Under the pieces are notes generated by a model. It was given only the letters and a program-made list of their open reading frames with translations. It was not told the DNA's origin and did no database searches. The translations under genes were made by a program, and so were the position numbers. Positions 50,143 through 63,972 of a stretch of DNA of 64,000 nucleotides are shown here, piece by piece; position 1 is the stretch's first letter; the number at the start of each line of letters is the position of its first letter. This DNA comes from Octopus vulgaris (lineage: Eukaryota), in assembly GCA_951406725.2 (NCBI GenBank), contig OX597831.1, forward strand, positions 70,246,001-70,310,000, in the 5' to 3' direction.

Positions 50143-51120
50143 AAGATTTACATTATGCAGAAGTCATTTTTAAATCACAAAATCTATTTTACACACTCCT
50201 AATTATTTCTTCGTGACATCATATACTGCATTAATGCAAACTGTGTCACTGCACTTCTGTGATATGTTCACTGACACAGCTCTGCTTAATTTACAGAAAA
50301 TCAGTTACTGCTTTTCCTTTATAAACCTTAAGAGGTTCTTTTTATTTTTAAAAATTTCATTATTAGATTTCTATCGAATGATAGACGTAGTAAATGTCTA
50401 TTTGAAGTCAGTTTTATTTATAAAGTAATTCTATATTATGGCAAGCTGTCAACCAATCATAGATGTCAGGCCAAAATGTGGAATATAATTGATTTAAGAA
50501 AGTCCTAGAAATGAATGTGCTACATCAAGCCTGACAGTTAAAGAGATTAAGACCTTGATAGACTTAATTTTTGTATTTTGTTTGTAAGATTCTTTATGTG
50601 AAATTGCATGTTGAAACAAATTTTGTTGTGTCTTGGGAGAGTCATTATGCTAATATTATACTAATATTAGTAATACATGTAACAGTTCTATTCCTTTCCT
50701 TTATTATTAGTTAATTTGCTAAATATCTAAGCAACTAACTAATCAACCGTGATGGCTTCTGTAGTGCAGCAGGAAGGATAGTCACTGAAAATGTTTTGGA
50801 TGACAACTAAACAAGTTTCATGAAAAGGAAAAAAATTAACAATTAACTATTTAAACAAATGATGGATTAGTTAGTTGAGTGGAATTGAACTAGTGCACGT
50901 GCTATTAATAGTGGTGTAATAACTCTCCCAGGACAGAACAAAGTCCTTCATTGACTTATTTGTTGAAAGAATTGCAATATGTGTGTCATCAATTTTACTT
51001 CATTGTTACACTAGCATATCATAGAAAGGGTTAAGAAGAATCATATGCACACTTACTTGACTGTTATATAGCGGAAAGTGCAAGGGATACTTGAGATGGT
51101 AAGAACAGTTACAATGAAAA

Positions 51121-51722
51121 TAAGGTGGCGAGCTGGCAGAATCGTTAGCACGTCAGGTGAAATGCTTAGCGGTATTTCGTCTGTCTTTACGTTCTGAGTT
51201 CAAATTCTGCCAAGGTTGACTTTACCTTTCATCCTTTTGGGGTCGATAAATTAAGTACCAGTTACACACTGGGGTCGATATAATTGACTTAATCAGTTTG
51301 TCTATCCTTGTTTGTCCTCTCTGTGTTTAGCCCCTTGTAGGTAGTAAAGAAATAGGTATTTCGTCTGCCGTTACATTCTGAGTTCAAATTCCGCCAAGGT
51401 TGACTGTACCTTTCATCCTTTCGGGGTCGATAACTCAAGTACCAGTTACACACTGGGGTCGATATAATCGACTTAATCCATTTGTTTGTCTTTGTTTGTC
51501 CTCTCTGTGTTTAGCCCCGTGTGGGTAGTAAAGAAATAGGTATTTCGTTTGCCGTTACATTCTGAGTTCAAATTCTGCCGAGGTTGACTTTACCTTTCAT
51601 CCTTTTGAGGTCGATAAATTAAGTACCAGTTACACACTGGGGTCGATATAATCGACTTAATCCATTTGTCTGTCCTTGTTTGTCCTCTCTGTGTTTAGCC
51701 CCTTGTGGGTAGTAAAGAAATA
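51121..51722 (+). mobile_element. SINE family B trimer (one head plus three ~180-bp units)
   Basis: Units restart at ggtatttcgt (51172, 51355, 51539); 23-bp TSD ggtaagaacagttacaatgaaaa at 51098-51120 and 51723-51745. Confidence 0.92.
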
Positions 51723-52658
51723 GGTAAGAACAGTTACAATGAAAAGGGACCTTCACCTATATTTTTTCAGTGTGTTCTCACAAAAACACAAGGTTTCAAT
51801 CTACAGATTCAATCAGTTTTCAATAAAATCAAAAATTTAAATCTAAGAATTTTTTAACATTTTTCACAAATCATTTAAAAACCATTCATAAATGCAAAAG
51901 GCTACCAAGTAAAAGTGCTATTTAAAATCAAACTACAGTTGTACAATATTAGTACTATTATGCAAAGTAAGCAACGAACAACTCAGAACTCTGGAAAACA
52001 ATCTACTCAGTGATAAATGCTTTTGTAAAGCTGGAGCCTGTTGTTGCTAAGTATATTTTAAACAAACGACATCAAAGTCAGCTTAGCTTTGATAACTGTT
52101 TAACTATAATTCTTCTTTCAGATATGGAAAAAGATAAATATGAACCACTGTAAAAATCTTTATGTATTACATGACCTGTTAGAAATAGCAACCAAATCTC
52201 TCTTCTCAAATGATACCTCACTTATAATTGTGTTTTGATCAGCCTGTCACTTCAAAACTTTGTAATAGCAACACATATATACTCTGGATGAACTTATAAT
52301 GCCATTGATCCAACAGTGTGCAACTAGATGCCACATCTTAGGATATTTATGCTGTAGAAATACCTGTTGGACAGAGATTTAAAGTGAATGTATTATATAT
52401 AATACTGTCATAAGCAAGCTTTTGATGATGTATAATTTTCTATTCTTATTTTTAATCTCTTGAATATACACTCTGTATACTGTTTGAAATCCAAAGAAGC
52501 AAACTCAGGATTTACCCATTGGGTGAAATATTGTGTAATTGCTTACACTAAGCTATTTTCTGTAGATGTATATCATTTGATGGGGTTAGCCAAAACCTGG
52601 ATTATACTAGAGTACTTGTAAGGTACCTATCCAGATTCAAAATCCCTATTCCTTATCT

Positions 52659-53066
52659 TGTGTGGTAAGTAGCTTGTCTACCAACCACATGGTTCCGGGT
52701 TCAGTCCCACTGTGTGGCACCTTGGGCAAGTGTCTTCTGCTATAGCCTCAGGCCGACCAAAGCCTTGTGAGTGGATTTGGTAGACGGAAATTGAAAGAAG
52801 CCCGTCGTATATATGTACATATATATATATGTATGTGTGTGTGTGTGTTTGTGTGTCTGTGTTTGTCCCCTAGCATTGCTTGACAACCGATGCTGGTGTG
52901 TTTATGTCCCTGTTACTTGGCGGTTCGGTGAAGGAAACCGATAGAATAAGTATTGGGCTTACAAAAGAATAAGTCCCGGGGTCAAGTTGCTCGACTAAAG
53001 GTGGTGCTCCAGCATGGCCGCAGTCAAATGACTGAAACAAGTAAAAGAGTAAAAGAGTAAAAGAGA
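52659..53066 (+). mobile_element. SINE family A
   Basis: Alignment to 10776-11184. Confidence 0.9.
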
Positions 53067-53439
53067 TATATATTTGTTCCCAAACAACATTTATTTTAGT
53101 ATTGTTCACACCATATATACACACATGATGAGATCTGAGCCATTGATGTGAAAACCCCCAAAAATACTAACAAGCACACATAATTTTCAGACAAACAGTG
53201 ATGTAGGTTGCCTCTACCTAAAACAAAAACGAGTTGGAGACTTAACGTCGATCTAAAATGCTTTTGAATGTCATAACATATCCTGGCAACATCTTTTAAC
53301 CACCGAGTGTTGAAGTACATCCCTTGACCAAGTTTGCATACATGAGGCTGATAACATCATAAGACTTGGAAGGCAGCTCCTTGAGCAACATCCTTTGTCT
53401 GAGAACCTAGAACACATGCCCAAAGAAGTCGCATGACTC

Positions 53440-54670
53440 TACTGCAACGTATCATCAGATGAAAGGATGAACCTATATGAGCAGAAGACTATGCATGGAT
53501 ATGTTACTAGAAAGCTCTGAGATGATAGTAATATTGATCAGCAAAACAGTTTATCATGGACCAATAGCCAGATTACTACTTCCCACTTTGAAGGGTATGT
53601 GTTTGCAATCCAGGAACAGGAAATATCAATCAAATACTTGATGCACAAAAGGGATAGAGATGCAAGAAAAGCTGTAAAATGTGACAACTGATGCAGACTT
53701 TGTGGAGTTAACACTGGAGATATTCCCCACATCATAAGCAGTTCTCCGAAAAAGCAGCCATCATAGTGTTATCTGCCGATGAGACACGTTTTTTGTAGCT
53801 AGGACATTCTATGATGAAAGGTAACTTTGAGGACAAAGATATAAGAACCCACAGTATGGCAGAAGCCATAGCCACTCATAATAAAATGGTGAACTTGTGG
53901 AATGTCCCAATGAAGATCTCAATAAAATGTAAGCACAACAGACCTGTTATATGATTTGGAATAGAGGATAGAAACTGTGAACAGTTGTAGAAATTAGCTG
54001 CCCTGTGGATATTAATATAAAGATGAAGATCAATGAAAAAGAGAGTATCTACGCTGACCTATTGATAAATCTGCAGTTACTCTATCCAGATTACAAGTTC
54101 TGGTTTATACCTGTAATTATTGGGGCCCTGGGATATGCAACACTCTGCCTAAATACCAATCTTGAGAAATTAGGCTTCTCATAACCAGAAAAGAGAAAGC
54201 TGATTCGAAGACTACTGATCCAATCCATCACTGGAACTGTAAAAATCTGTAAAACTTTCCTGAAGTTTATCATTTAAATATATATGAGCATATCTAGACA
54301 TGCAACATACATACATACATACATACATACATAAAACAAAACATACATACATCTGCATGCATACATACATGCATACATACATACATACATACATGCATGC
54401 ATGCATACATACATACATACATACATACATGCATACATACATACATGCATACATACATACAAACATACATACACACACCTACGTGCATGCATGCATTCAT
54501 GCATACATACTTCCATACATACATACATACATACATACATACATACATACATACATACATACATACCCTGATGTTGATGTTAAAATTCCAATAAAGGAGC
54601 CTTGGATCTAAGTTAGAAACCGGCTCTTTGTCTATTGGCAAGAAATCTTGAAATAAAACTGGACAATGAC
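53440..54670 (+). mobile_element. RLE-type non-LTR retrotransposon 3' part with (CATA)n in its 3' UTR
   Basis: FEGYVFAIQEQEI; CRLC..HIIS; KHNRP; VEISCP; IPVIIGALG. Confidence 0.85.
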
Positions 54671-55309
54671 ACACATACATATATATGTGTGCGTGTGTTT
54701 TTATGTATGCATTTAAATATGTGCAGCAAGCATTTTTTACAGTGCTTCTTCATCTTGGCCATCCTCACACTTCATAACACACTATCTGTCAAAACATGTA
54801 TTTATTTTCATATTTACTGAGCCCTCTGCTAAACACATTAGGCAAAAATATTTCTACATTTGAGAAATAATAATTTCCGCTGATAAAATAATGATCCATT
54901 GCAGTAAGATGATTTTAAATACCATTTTTTCAATTAATTTTGGAGATTAAGGCTCTCTTGTAAAATATTTTAGTGCTATAAATGTCATAAAAGATTTATT
55001 GATATTTCAGCTCAATTCATATTATTCCAGTTTTCATCTCAGTTTTACTGGTCTTTTTTATCTGTAAACCATTCCTATGATTATCTTTTCCTGTCTTCTA
55101 CTGATGACAACCTCACACATTTCATTTAATATGTAGGTCTTTTATGAACACAATTCTGAATGTGGAGAATTAAGTATATGTATATATGTATGTATATACA
55201 TGAATACATACATATATACACACGTATACCTCAGTGAAATAGATTTGTCATTTATAATAAAATCTGTTTATGTCATATATATATATATATATATATACAT
55301 ATATATATA

Positions 55310-55362
<53 letters not shown>

Positions 55363-55924
55363 TATATATATATATGCATACATCTATAAATACATACATA
55401 TAAACATACATGTATGCATATATAGATACATGCATACATACACACGTACATACATACATATACACATACATAAATACCCAAACACCCATACATACATATG
55501 TATTCATATATGTATATGTGAATGTGTGTGAGAAAAACAGATTATATCTTTGAGTGCTTGTGTCTTGTGCAAATGTGTGTAAAACTTCCAATGAGGGTGT
55601 AAATATTTCAATATATATTTTGATATTATGGGAAATTACAGAAATATACACACATTAAGATTTACATAAAATACAACTGAAATAAATGTTGTAAGTGAAC
55701 CAAGAGATCAGACAGCTGACCCCATCTCGCTGACCATTTGGCAACATAAAATTACTGCTTTTAACCTTTTGTTTTGCTACTTTCTTGTAAACTACTTCAC
55801 TCCGTTCAGTACTAAAATAGGATTACTGTGTTATCTTCGTACCTCTTTAATGTGCTCTTTCTTATAGATTGTTTGTTTGTGTGTGTGTGTGTGTCTGTGT
55901 GTCCATCTTATAGTGATTTGTATA

Positions 55925-56141
55925 AGGGCGACGAGCTGGCAGAAACGTTAGCACGCCGGGCAAAATGCTTAGTGGTATTTCGTCTGTTGCTACGTTCTGA
56001 GTTCAAATTCCGCCGAGGTCGACTTTGCCTTTCGTCCTTTCGAAGTCGATAAATAAAGTACCAGTTTCGCACTGGGGTCGATGTAATCGACTTAATCCCT
56101 TTCCCCTCTGTGTTTAGCCCCTTGTGAGCAATAAAGAAATA
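55925..56141 (+). mobile_element. SINE family B, full length
   Basis: 15-bp TSD tatagtgatttgtat. Confidence 0.9.
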
Positions 56142-56424
56142 TATAGTGATTTGTATTGTTGGGGACGCAACCTGAAGATTTCATTTTCATGTTGTGTATT
56201 TAGAGCTTGTGAATTTATTGGACCACTTCCTTTTCCAAACAACAAACTAGGATTTGAACTATGAATTGCAGGCAACCAAAACTCTCTTGACATGAAATCC
56301 CATGAATGATATGATCAAACTGCTGAGATCAGGAGAATGGTAATGCTTAAAGTACTTACATAACTTAAGTTGAATTAAGCCAGTTGAAAGACTTAAACCT
56401 TGACCATGAGTAAAACTCAGCATG

Positions 56425-56735
56425 TGGAGGCACATGGCCTAGTGGTTAGAGCAGCGGACTCGCAGTCGAGGAATCGCAGGTTTGAATCTCAGACCGGACA
56501 ATGTGTGTGTTTATGAGCAAAACACCTAAGCTCCACACGGCTCTGGCAGAAGGTAATGGTGAACTTCTGCTGACTCTTTCGCCACAACTTTCTCTCACTC
56601 TTTCCTCCTGTATCTTGCAGCTCACCTGCGATGGACCGGCTTCCCGTCCAGGTGGGGAACCTATACCCCAAGAAACCGGGAAACCGGCCCTTATGAGCCA
56701 GGCATGGCTCGAGAAGAACAAACAACAACAACAAC
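56425..56735 (+). mobile_element. SINE family C, full length
   Basis: Matches 25566-25876; 13-bp TSD aaaa(c/t)tcagcatg. Confidence 0.9.
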
Positions 56736-57137
56736 AAAATTCAGCATGGTATCAGGATATAAAACTTTGGACCCTTTAGGTCACAGACTTACACCTTATC
56801 AAATCACCCAGTTACAGTCATTATAGACTCATCTGAACAGAATAATTGTGACTGGTTGCTGTGTGCACTGAAAAGAAATTTAACCCATACAAGTATAAAT
56901 GTTAAACTTATAATGATTTCTTCCTCAAGCCATCTCTAAACCATCAAGACTAATCCAGCAATGATGAAGCAAAAGTTATCTAATCTAAGATTTCTGACAA
57001 GCTGTTTAAGCTGTTTATTTTCAAAACATTAGGTAGTTAAGTTGGCAAATAATATTTCCCTTCAATAAAAATGGAGAATGAAAAAAATTTCTACAGTCTC
57101 AAAGAAAGAGATTGTGTTTTAGATTTTCAGTTTTAAT

Positions 57138-57360
57138 ACTCTCTTTTACTCTTTTACTTGTTTCAGTCATTTGACTGCGGCCATGCTGGTGCACTGCCTT
57201 TAATCGAGCAACTCGACCCCGGGACTTATTCTTTTGTAAGCCCAATACTTATTCTATCGGTCTCTTTAGCCGAACTGCTAAGTAACGGGGACATAAACAC
57301 AACAGCACCGATTGTCAAGCAATGCTAGGGGGACAAACACAGACACAAATACACACACGC

Positions 57361-57393
<33 letters not shown>

Positions 57394-57550
57394 CGACGGG
57401 CTTCTTTCAATTTCCATCTACCAAATCCACTCACAAGGCTTTGGTCAGCCCGAGGCTATAGTAGAAGACACTTGCCCAAGGTGCCACGCAGTGGGACTGA
57501 ACCCGGAACCATGTGGTTTGGTAGACAAGCTACTTACCACACAGCCACTC
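57138..57550 (-). mobile_element. SINE family A
   Basis: Reverse complement of the family A consensus. Confidence 0.9.
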
Positions 57551-58437
57551 ATTTAACTTCTTTTATAATTTGCCGATAGTCATTAAGTAGGAAGTATACT
57601 TTACAGTTACCTTGCCAAGGAATTGACCACTTCTGCTGCACTAACATAATCTGTGTACCAAGCTAGATATTCTCCATTGTCATGACAAATATCACTGATT
57701 ATCATCTGTCGTACATGCCTGGAATTCTGATGAGCTTGTTCAGTTGGATAGACATGTAGAAATATCACTTAAGTGTGGCTCAAGCTTTGGGTTGATTTAA
57801 TTAAGAATTACATAACCAATTGCTTGTCTACTTATAATGAAGAACACAAATACCAAATGTATAATATCAACTACAATGGATCGAGGTAAATGTAATTTAC
57901 TTTGAGTTCTATTCAGTACTATTTGGATTCTTTCCTAAAAATACATCATGAGGTCAACCATCTTACATTACAAAATATTGATAAATATTATTTGATATCT
58001 AATGTAATAACGTTTCTTTCTTCAACTGACAACAATGTTTTCAGCGTATCAGATGAAGAATTTATTGATTCTGCATGATAGTTTGGCTGATACAGGAAGC
58101 AAGTTAAAGAGCTTCCAGCTTTGAGGTATGAGCGAGTAAAGCAATAAAATAAAGACATGTAGATGTTAGTGAAGCATCGAGGTTTGCCACTTCCAAGATT
58201 CAATAGAACAGATTCTACTTCATCTATTACCACATTTACTGTCAGAGATAATTCTTAGACTGCTACTTAGTCATTTTGTCACGTCTTCCTGTTCACTTTT
58301 TCACATAACAACGTTTCTGAGATGATTTACTCCAAATAATAAACGAAAGGAAAATATGTAACAGGTGAAACAAGCTAAAAAAAAAGATTCTAATAATTAG
58401 TTTTTGTCTTCAGTAGATTCTATTTGCCTGAGAGTTG

Positions 58438-58513
<76 letters not shown>

Positions 58514-59562
58514 CATACAAGCATGTATAATATGTATAGACATATGTATCATATATGTTAAAATACATAAGCTGACTAAAACAGTTACACATATTAGCAG
58601 ACATGTAGACAGACACACCAAATGTCTCATAGAAATAGGTTTCAATTGGTAAAGTTTTGATGAAATGGCAGAACATTCCCAGAATATAAAAGAACAAATC
58701 GAGTACAAGCAAGCAGAAAAGTTTATTCTCCGTCAAATTTGCAGTTTGTTAGTTTTTATTTTGTTGACTTCGTAAGACTTTCCATTTATTACCTTACACC
58801 CACCTCTTCCTCTTTTAATAATTTCTACATTTATTAAACTAGTCTTAATTATAAAAATAGCTAATTAGAGATGCCCACTAATTTATAAATAATCACATTA
58901 ATTGGTGATAAAGCAAAATTATTCAAATAGTGATTTTTCTAGATTGTTTGTTTATAAAACAATGCAGACACACCTAAATGTTTTAATGTGATAACTGGAA
59001 ATATGTACGTCTGGGTACGTCATTGTCTTTCAATCATCGTTGTCATTGTCGTCATCTTTTTTCATCAATCATATCTTCATCACTTTAACACAATTAACCC
59101 TCCTGAACTTTATTTTTATGCCTTTTAAATGCCTTTCATCGTTTCAGCATGTTTTTCTAGACTGGCATGATTTTGAAAGGTCAACAACATATCCTCTTTT
59201 CACTCACCTAGTATCCTTGTTAACTAATCTCTGAAGACCAGCATCATTCATAAATCTTGTCTCACTACTTTCTTCCTATGCATTCTTTGTCTTCCTCTGC
59301 TAACCATCCTTTCTACTCTTGGGATAATTTTTCAATCAGTATTTATCGTTCATTTAATTAATTTATCCATACCAACACAGACACCTTTGCTCTGTCTTTC
59401 AAACATTGCTCTGTCTTTCAAGCAAAACATTGTTTAGTAGTGAATAGACGGTACTTGGCTTATCTCACCAAAGTGCATGCACACACACACTTGTATTTTG
59501 ATATGATGGGAAGTATTATTGCAGAGTCAAATCACAGAGTGTTAGATTATTAGCCAAAGTAT

Positions 59563-59997
59563 TACTCTCTTTACTCTTTTACTCTTTTACTTGTTTCAGT
59601 CATTTGACTGTGGCCATGCTGGAGCACCGCCTTTAGTTGAGCAAATCGACCCGGGACTTATTCTTTGTAAGCCCAGTACTTATTCTATCGGTCTCTTTTG
59701 CCGAACCGCTAAGTGACGGGGACGTAAACACACCAGCATCGGTTGTCAAGCAATGCTAGGGGGACAAACACAGACACATATATATGTATGTGTGTGTGTT
59801 TGTGTTTGTCCCCCTAGCATTGCTTGACAACCGATGCTGGTGTGTTTATGCCCCCGTCACTTAGCGGTTCGGCAAAAGATAGAATAAGTACTGGGCTTAC
59901 AAAGAATAAGTCCCGGGGTCGATTTGCTCGACTAAAGGCGGTGCTCCAGCATGGCCACAGTCAAATGACTGAAACAAGTAAAAGAAAAGAAAAAGAA
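59563..59997. repeat. Inverted pair of SINE A 3' halves joined at the internal microsatellite
   Basis: 59583-59779 is the reverse complement of ~59795-59984. Confidence 0.9.
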
Positions 59998-60258
59998 TAT
60001 ATAAGGGTAAGGTCCAGGAATACAAATGTAGGAAGTTTGTAAGCTTCAAGCAGTGCATGGCATGTAAGGAAACAAGAAGTGAACATTGTACAATCAGGGA
60101 AAATAACAATTTATTGGCATCAAAGGTTACACACTTTTTCCTATATCGAAGCTATATGGGAATTTGATAAGCTGGAAGTTTCTGTATAGTTCATGGTTAG
60201 CAACCAGAGTTGCTACAAATGCAAATAGAAATCCAGATTGAGGGAGAAGACTGGGTAA

Positions 60259-60424
60259 AATATGTGTATTTCTTAGTTACCTGATCCTCTAATGTAATAA
60301 CCACTCAACGAGGAGGTACTCAGGTAATATCAGGTTAAGAATATGTGTATTTCTTAGTTACCTGATCCTCTAATGTAATAACCACTCAACGAGGAGGTAC
60401 TCAGGTAATATCAGGTTAAGAATA
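60259..60424. repeat. Perfect 81-bp tandem duplication
   Basis: tatgtgtatttcttagttacc starts at 60261 and again at 60342. Confidence 0.92.
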
Positions 60425-60756
60425 CCTTAATGAAATGAAGGATACGTTGTCACTTGGAATTTGCAAGTTAAATCAAATTGACATTGAAATTCCAATATAC
60501 CTGGCTGTGTGTTGTGTTCTTGAGCAAGACACTTTATTTCACATTGTTCCAGTTGATTCATCAACATCACTGATGTCAAGCTGTATTGACTTTAGCCTTT
60601 CTCTTGAATAACATTGGTGGCATGGAGAGGGGTGGCTGGTATGCATGGGCGACTGCTGGTATTCCATAAACAACTTTGTCCAGACTTGTGCCTTGGAGGG
60701 TAACTTTCTAAGTGCAGTCCCATGGTCATTCATTACCAAAGGGGGCCTTCACCCAT

Positions 60757-60805
<49 letters not shown>

Positions 60806-61022
60806 TTAATTAGTTACCCATTAATTACATTAATTTCTGAATTACAACTATTTAGCGGTTTGAGTTTAGCTGCTCTTTCTAGTGGGTCGAATGGCTTATC
60901 AAGGCCATTCCTTAATATTGTTAAATATATATATATATATATATTTTATATACATGTGTCATCATCATCATCATTTAACATCTGCCTTCCATGCTGGCAT
61001 AGGTGGGCTGGTTTGACATATC

Positions 61023-61055
<33 letters not shown>

Positions 61056-61339
61056 ATGACACACACATATATGTATATTATTTTCAAATTTTGGCTCAAC
61101 TCTGGTAATTTCCAATGAGAGGGATAGTTAATTACATCGACCCCAGTCTTCAACTGGTACCTATTTTATCAACCTGAAAGGATGAAATGTTGATAAGCAC
61201 TTTGCCCAGTGTGCTCATGATTCTGCCAGCTCACACTTTCAACACACACATGCATGCACATATGCAGACACACACATGCATGCACATGCATTTATACATA
61301 CATGGTGTGTCTCCAAGATTCCTACTCTCTCAATTTTGT

Positions 61340-61490
61340 TATCATGCCTACATGAGTTGGTGAGTCTTCTTCCATGCTGCATGATGCCAATCACCATGGT
61401 CCTCTGCCATCTCCTTTGTGAGAGATAACCATTAACAACTTCAGATCATTCTTCACAACTTTGTCTCAAGAATTTTTCAGTCTCCTTCCG
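61340..61490 (-). mobile_element. Degraded RTE LINE 3' end
   Basis: GRR.K.(W)DKVVKNDL...TKEMAED..DW. Confidence 0.55.
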
Positions 61491-61622
61491 TGGGTGTGAT
61501 ATTTATATATCTGTGTCTGTGTCTGTGATCAGAAGTGTCTGACGAACAGTAATGTGAAACTCTGAGTAACAGTTTGTGAAGAATTTGGGGCTTTGGAAAA
61601 TGGACGTTTAAATGATGATGAT

Positions 61623-61654
<32 letters not shown>

Positions 61655-61772
61655 CATATATATGTATGTGTGTAGGATGATCCGGTTCTTGACTGAAGAT
61701 TAGAGGCTTCGAATGACCCGTCTGTGTTTTTGTATCGTCTATTTGAATGTTTTGCGTTCTTGTCCCATTTTG

Positions 61773-61997
<225 letters not shown>

Positions 61998-62371
61998 CAG
62001 AGAGAGTACAAGCTTCTGTACATTCTGTAAATTCTACTCAATTTGCAATGTTCAAGCAAAAGCTCAAAGCTCAGTGAGCTACACACCGGTTTCAGACCTG
62101 GAATTAGATGGTTATAAAATTAAAGCACACTTCTTAGTCTGACAGTCACTCCTGCATATATTATCAGTCAATCATTCACACGCATATGTTGAATTTAATT
62201 CAGGAGGCAACCTGTCTCCCCAGCAGAATCATACGATATTGTCTCTAATTAGGGAAGTAATACTTACCAGTTCACAAGTGGGAAAAAGAAAAAAATCTAA
62301 TACTTTGAACAGGACATTTTTGTTGGTGTAAATTTTATTAAATTACAGACCATCATTATTTTTCTTGAACA

Positions 62372-62499
62372 CGACTTATTCTTTATAAGCCCAGTACTTA
62401 TTCTATCGGTCTCTTTTGCCGAACCGCTAAGTGACGGGGACATAAACACACCAGCATCGGTTGTCAAGCAATGCTAGGGGGACAAACACAGACACACAA

Positions 62500-62534
<35 letters not shown>

Positions 62535-62707
62535 CATATATACGACAGGCTTCTTTCAGTTTCTGTCTACCAAATCCACTCACAAGGCATTGGTCAGCCT
62601 GGGGCTATAGCAGAAGACACTTGCCCAAGATGCCACGCAGTGGGACTGAACCCAGAACCATGTGGTTGATTAGCAAGCTACTTACCACACAGCCACTCCT
62701 GTGCCTA
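62372..62707 (-). mobile_element. SINE family A lacking the 3' tail
   Basis: Reverse complement of the family A head and body. Confidence 0.88.
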
Positions 62708-63228
62708 CATTGGAAGTGATGTCCAATGGATCGGGTTTGCTTACCTCTACTGACCATTCATATTTAGTGTCCATTTAGCAGTACCATAAAGCTTTCTGTC
62801 GTAAAAAAGAAACATTTTGTTGCCAGTTATAACTGGCAGCTCTTTAAACTTCTTCCATTCTCTCTTTACTCTAACTGCTATGCTTTCAACTAAACTAATT
62901 CCTGCACTAATTAAATCGCATTTTTGAAAGAAACTATCGACTACACTTTTGCAAGCTATCTTTGAAGTTGATAGACATCTTTTCAGAATCTGTTTATAGT
63001 GATTTTTACTGCTAACTAATCTTGTGCTTGTATCATGCCTAAAGTTCCACTATTTTTGTCAGCTTCCAGAGATCCTACAGCACCATTAGTCTACACATTG
63101 CTTGCACCAGACACATAGTACATTCCTTTTTGCTTTCCAGATATATCATACCTAAAGTCTTAATAATATTTTTTTTTGTCAGCTTCCAGAGATCCTAAAA
63201 CACTATTAATCATTTTCCTATAGAATTC

Positions 63229-63435
63229 CTATAGATTTCCTATAGAAGTTATAGCTACCACTGATTTGTTACGAAGTTTCATATCTGAATACACCTGAAT
63301 GTAAACAACAAGGTGATCAAAGATGGAGAAATGGTTAATGGATGTATATGCCATATTTCCATCTTTGATTACAGTGTTGATATGAAATGCCATATCAAAT
63401 TAGTGTTGGCTATAATTTCTATAGGAAATCTGTAG
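63229..63435. mobile_element. Fold-back MITE-like palindrome (~207 bp)
   Basis: 40-bp terminal arms with about 5 mismatches, plus inner arms gtgatcaaagatggagaaatgg / ccatatttccatctttgattac. Confidence 0.7.
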
Positions 63436-63791
63436 AGATAACCTTAGAAAGTGATTTAAAAATATTACTATATACTTTGAATTTACTTCGTAATGTATTA
63501 GGGTTGCATAACGAAATATGATGTCCCTACAAGTCAATGACACTATTCATCTACACACTTTTGGCCCTAAATGCATAGTACCTGCCTTTTCTCTTCCTAC
63601 ATGCTAAGTAGTTTCTCTTTTCAAGAATCACTAGTATCTTAGTCTATTTCACTAAGGGAGCACTTTGCTCTTCACCCTGCTAGACTTTTAGGCTATTGGA
63701 TTCCTGAACAAGCGTTTTGCTTTGAATTTTTTCTACAGTTCTTCAACAGATTCTGCTTTGAAAGCCAAGTCAGCATTGTATATATATATAG

Positions 63792-63972
63792 GGAGATTTT
63801 ACGAAAAAAACAAAAGACAAAGACAGGTGGTGTACAAAACAAACAGATGTATTAGTATAATGCTCAGGAATAGAAAAAGTCTTTTACATTTCGAGCCTAC
63901 GCTCTTCTACAGAAAGGGACACGGAAAAACAAGGAGAGAAAAAAATGTGTGTAGTGGCTAACGATCTATCAT
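63792..63972 (-). mobile_element. Penelope-like pLTR repeat with hammerhead-like motif
   Basis: Reverse complement of 18400-18582. Confidence 0.65.

Noticed and set aside
51020-51033. aaagggttaa piggyBac-like terminus
   Set aside because: No matching left end found.
52109-52390. Micro-exon candidates on the + strand (e.g. DIYAVEIPVGQRFK)
   Set aside because: Too short, with weak splice sites; not distinguishable from chance.
57988-58233. ORF with Walker-B-like VIDEVES
   Set aside because: No Walker A or other helicase motif and no clear splice donor; likely chance.
62260-62270. atacttacc as a U1 snRNA 5' end or a minus-strand splice donor
   Set aside because: No further U1 similarity and no coding-like exon upstream.
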